A stretch of DNA of 64,000 nt from NCBI GenBank assembly GCA_963835065.1, contig CAWIEK010000049.1, positions 608,001-672,000 on the forward strand, given 5' to 3'. Source of the DNA: an uncultured Chthonomonadaceae bacterium (GTDB lineage Bacteria; Armatimonadota; Chthonomonadetes; Chthonomonadales; Chthonomonadaceae). A program made the position numbers and the translations under genes. The stretch's first letter is position 1. Each line of letters begins with the position of its first letter. The notes beneath the pieces were generated by a model, which saw only the letters and a program-made list of their open reading frames with translations, searched no databases and was not told the origin of the DNA. Below, piece after piece: positions 63,137 to 64,000 of this stretch.

Positions 63137-63253
63137 AGGCATTAGGCATTAGGCATCAGGCATTAGGAACATACCCGCTCACCTTTGTTCTTGTGAAAGC
63201 ATTTAAGATGAAGAGGCATTTTCCTAATGCCTGATGCCTGATGCCTGATGCCT
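63137..63253. repeat. Inverted heptamer arrays (AGGCAT[TC]), 51-nt loop
   Basis: Read directly. Confidence 0.9.
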
Positions 63254-63365
63254 ACCCTTGCCGCTGCTTGTGCTTGGGGTTGACGCAGATAACGCGCACA
63301 ACGCCTTCGCGCTTGATGACTTTGCACTTCTCGCAAATTTTCTTTACGGACGCGCGGACTTTCAT
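63252..63365 (-). CDS. rpmJ: 50S ribosomal protein L36
   Basis: Manual translation [37 protein letters not shown]; below ORF-track cutoff. Confidence 0.97.
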   Translation of the reverse strand: MKVRASVKKICEKCKVIKREGVVRVICVNPKHKQRQG

Positions 63366-63581
63366 AGTGTTCCTCCGTTCTGTCCTTACTTGTAAGTTTT
63401 ACGCCAACCAAATGTTACGGCGTAAAAATTGCCGTATCAGCAGACACAACATGCCCCGTCCGGCAAACCGAAGCGTTTCCAGACAGCGCGTTCTAGTATA
63501 CCCTATATTTTGCCTAAACGTGAAAACGCGGGAAGCAAAATTTGCCTCCCTATCAACTAAGAACTATCAACTATCAACTGC

Positions 63582-63965
63582 TCAGGCTTTGTAGCGATAG
63601 CGGATGCGTCCGCGCTCCAGATCGTAGGGCGAAAGTTCCACCAATACGCGATCTCCAGGCAGAATGCGAATGTAGTTTTGCCGCATCTTGCCGGAAACGT
63701 GCGCCAGCACAACCTTCTTTTGTTCGCCGACAGGAATTTCGACGCGGAACATCGCATTGGGCAGGGCTTCTACAATCAAGCCCTCTACCTCAATGCCGGG
63801 TTCCTTGCCGCTGTTGTCTTCAGCGGGAGCCTGCGGCTTGCGCGGCCCGCCGCCTCCGCCGCCACTGCCGCCGCGTGGTGGTCCGCCCGGCCCGCGTCGT
63901 TGTGGTCCGCTTCCGCCTGCGCCTCCTGGGCGCGGGGGTCCTCCCGGTCGTTTGGGTGGTGGCAT
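63582..63965 (-). CDS. infA: Translation initiation factor IF-1 with N-terminal extension
   Basis: [32 protein letters not shown]. Confidence 0.95.
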   Translation of the reverse strand: MPPPKRPGGPPRPGGAGGSGPQRRGPGGPPRGGSGGGGGGPRKPQAPAEDNSGKEPGIEVEGLIVEALPNAMFRVEIPVGEQKKVVLAHVSGKMRQNYIRILPGDRVLVELSPYDLERGRIRYRYKA

Positions 63966-64000
63966 TCAGTCTCCGTTTAGGCATCAGGCATTAGGCATCA

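Noticed and set aside
6241..63253. Repeat-spacer-repeat elements as CRISPR
   Set aside because: Repeats are inverted microsatellite arms, dispersed and different from each other; no direct-repeat array or cas genes

Overview
GC-rich bacterial chromosomal window; gene content and repeat style suggest Armatimonadota, but that is an inference, not a database result. Core genes: nadB, trxA, a cold-shock gene, rplJ-rplL with an L10 leader, lexA, and the infA-rpmJ-rpsM-rpsK-rpsD-rpoA-rplQ-truA-rplM-rpsI operon. Accessory genes: a TolC/MFP/RND heavy-metal efflux operon led by a Cys-rich ORF ending in RAPP, an ECF sigma pair, a VKOR-DsbA fusion, glycoside hydrolases, a diverged ~6.3 kb tandem duplication (DUF1552 + DUF1592 cytochrome + Uma2 + DinB), a Septu-like ATPase/HNH pair, a presenilin/SPP-like membrane protease candidate, an ANTAR two-component system and a stress-protein cluster. 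The most striking non-coding pattern is a set of inverted heptamer-array pairs at gene boundaries, seven of which enclose unique 50-69 nt loops. Several small frameshifts, some in short homopolymers, suggest sequencing or assembly indels. No tRNA, rRNA, CRISPR array or transposase was recognised.
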